DNA of 63,507 bases, filler included, from Octopus bimaculoides (taxonomy: Eukaryota): assembly GCF_001194135.2 (NCBI RefSeq). It is 6 parts of 6 records of this genome, joined end to end, with 100 filler letters (N's around TTAATTAATTAA, not from the genome) between each part and the next. Parts side by side here need not be neighbours in the genome. Positions count along the whole stretch, not along the records: positions 61,733 to 63,507 come from NC_068981.1; 5 more parts are not named here. One strand, written 5' to 3'. This document shows positions 63,156 through 63,507 of this stretch, piece by piece. The stretch's first letter is position 1. Every line of letters starts with the position of its first letter. A program made the position numbers and the translations under genes. The notes beneath the pieces were generated by a model. The model searched no databases, was not told the DNA's origin, and worked only from the letters and a program-made list of their open reading frames with translations.

Positions 63156-63507
63156 TTCCTATTGAATATCCGGGGCCTATTACGAACAGGTGGCAAAGAC
63201 AAGTTTCTATACTTGAAAGACCTAGTTACATGCAATTAAGCAATATGCATGGTGCTTACTGAAACGCATCTAGCACCTAATATAGCAGTTGCGGAGATAA
63301 ACATACCAGAGTATGCCGTACTCCGAACAGACAGGAGGGATAGAAGTCATGGGGGAGTTGCAATGTACATCCGAGAAGATGTCACACCCCTACTACTCCT
63401 ATCACACTCAAACTTTATCTGTGATACTTTAATAGTACACATAAAACTGATTGATGTAGTTGTATGCTCAACATACCGTCCACCAAATACCGCAAAGCAG
63501 GAGGGTA
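63156..63507 (+). pseudogene. Start of a CR1/L2-group LINE ORF2 (AP endonuclease), one in-frame stop, runs off the window
   Basis: FLLNIRGL...*AICMVLTETHL...LRTDRRDRSHGGVAMYIRE...STYRPPN. Confidence 0.9.

Overview
Eukaryotic, AT-rich, microsatellite- and transposon-saturated genomic DNA from a gapped draft scaffold. The repeat families and gap style suggest an octopod cephalopod; this is inference. The only host-gene sequence I can support is two small minus-strand exons (33659-33761 and 31178-31229). They splice in frame to give the C-terminal part of a PDZ domain closely matching FRMPD4/FRMPD1-family proteins, so most of the window is probably long introns of that gene. The rest is repeats: at least five SINE-like families, RTE, CR1-like and Penelope-like retroelement remnants, a near-full-length mariner and a deleted mariner, a hAT (Buster-type) transposase fossil, two hAT MITEs with 8-bp TSDs, and many simple repeats. 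Family labels SINE-A/B/C, D and E are my own. The best leads are: (1) three copies of a ~200-bp (TA)n-associated element carrying a minimal hammerhead-ribozyme fold with a family-wide variant core, CUGU(U/G)GAA; (2) SINE head/tail swapping, with 3' stem-loops shared with CR1-like and RTE LINEs; (3) a CpG-retention mosaic whose borders coincide with artificial scaffold joins; (4) candidate splicing-control features around the two exons. No rRNA, genuine tRNA or CRISPR arrays were found. Almost all ORFs in the supplied track are artefacts of N-gaps, microsatellites or decayed TEs. All alignments and counts were done by eye; repeat boundaries are approximate unless TIRs or TSDs are quoted.
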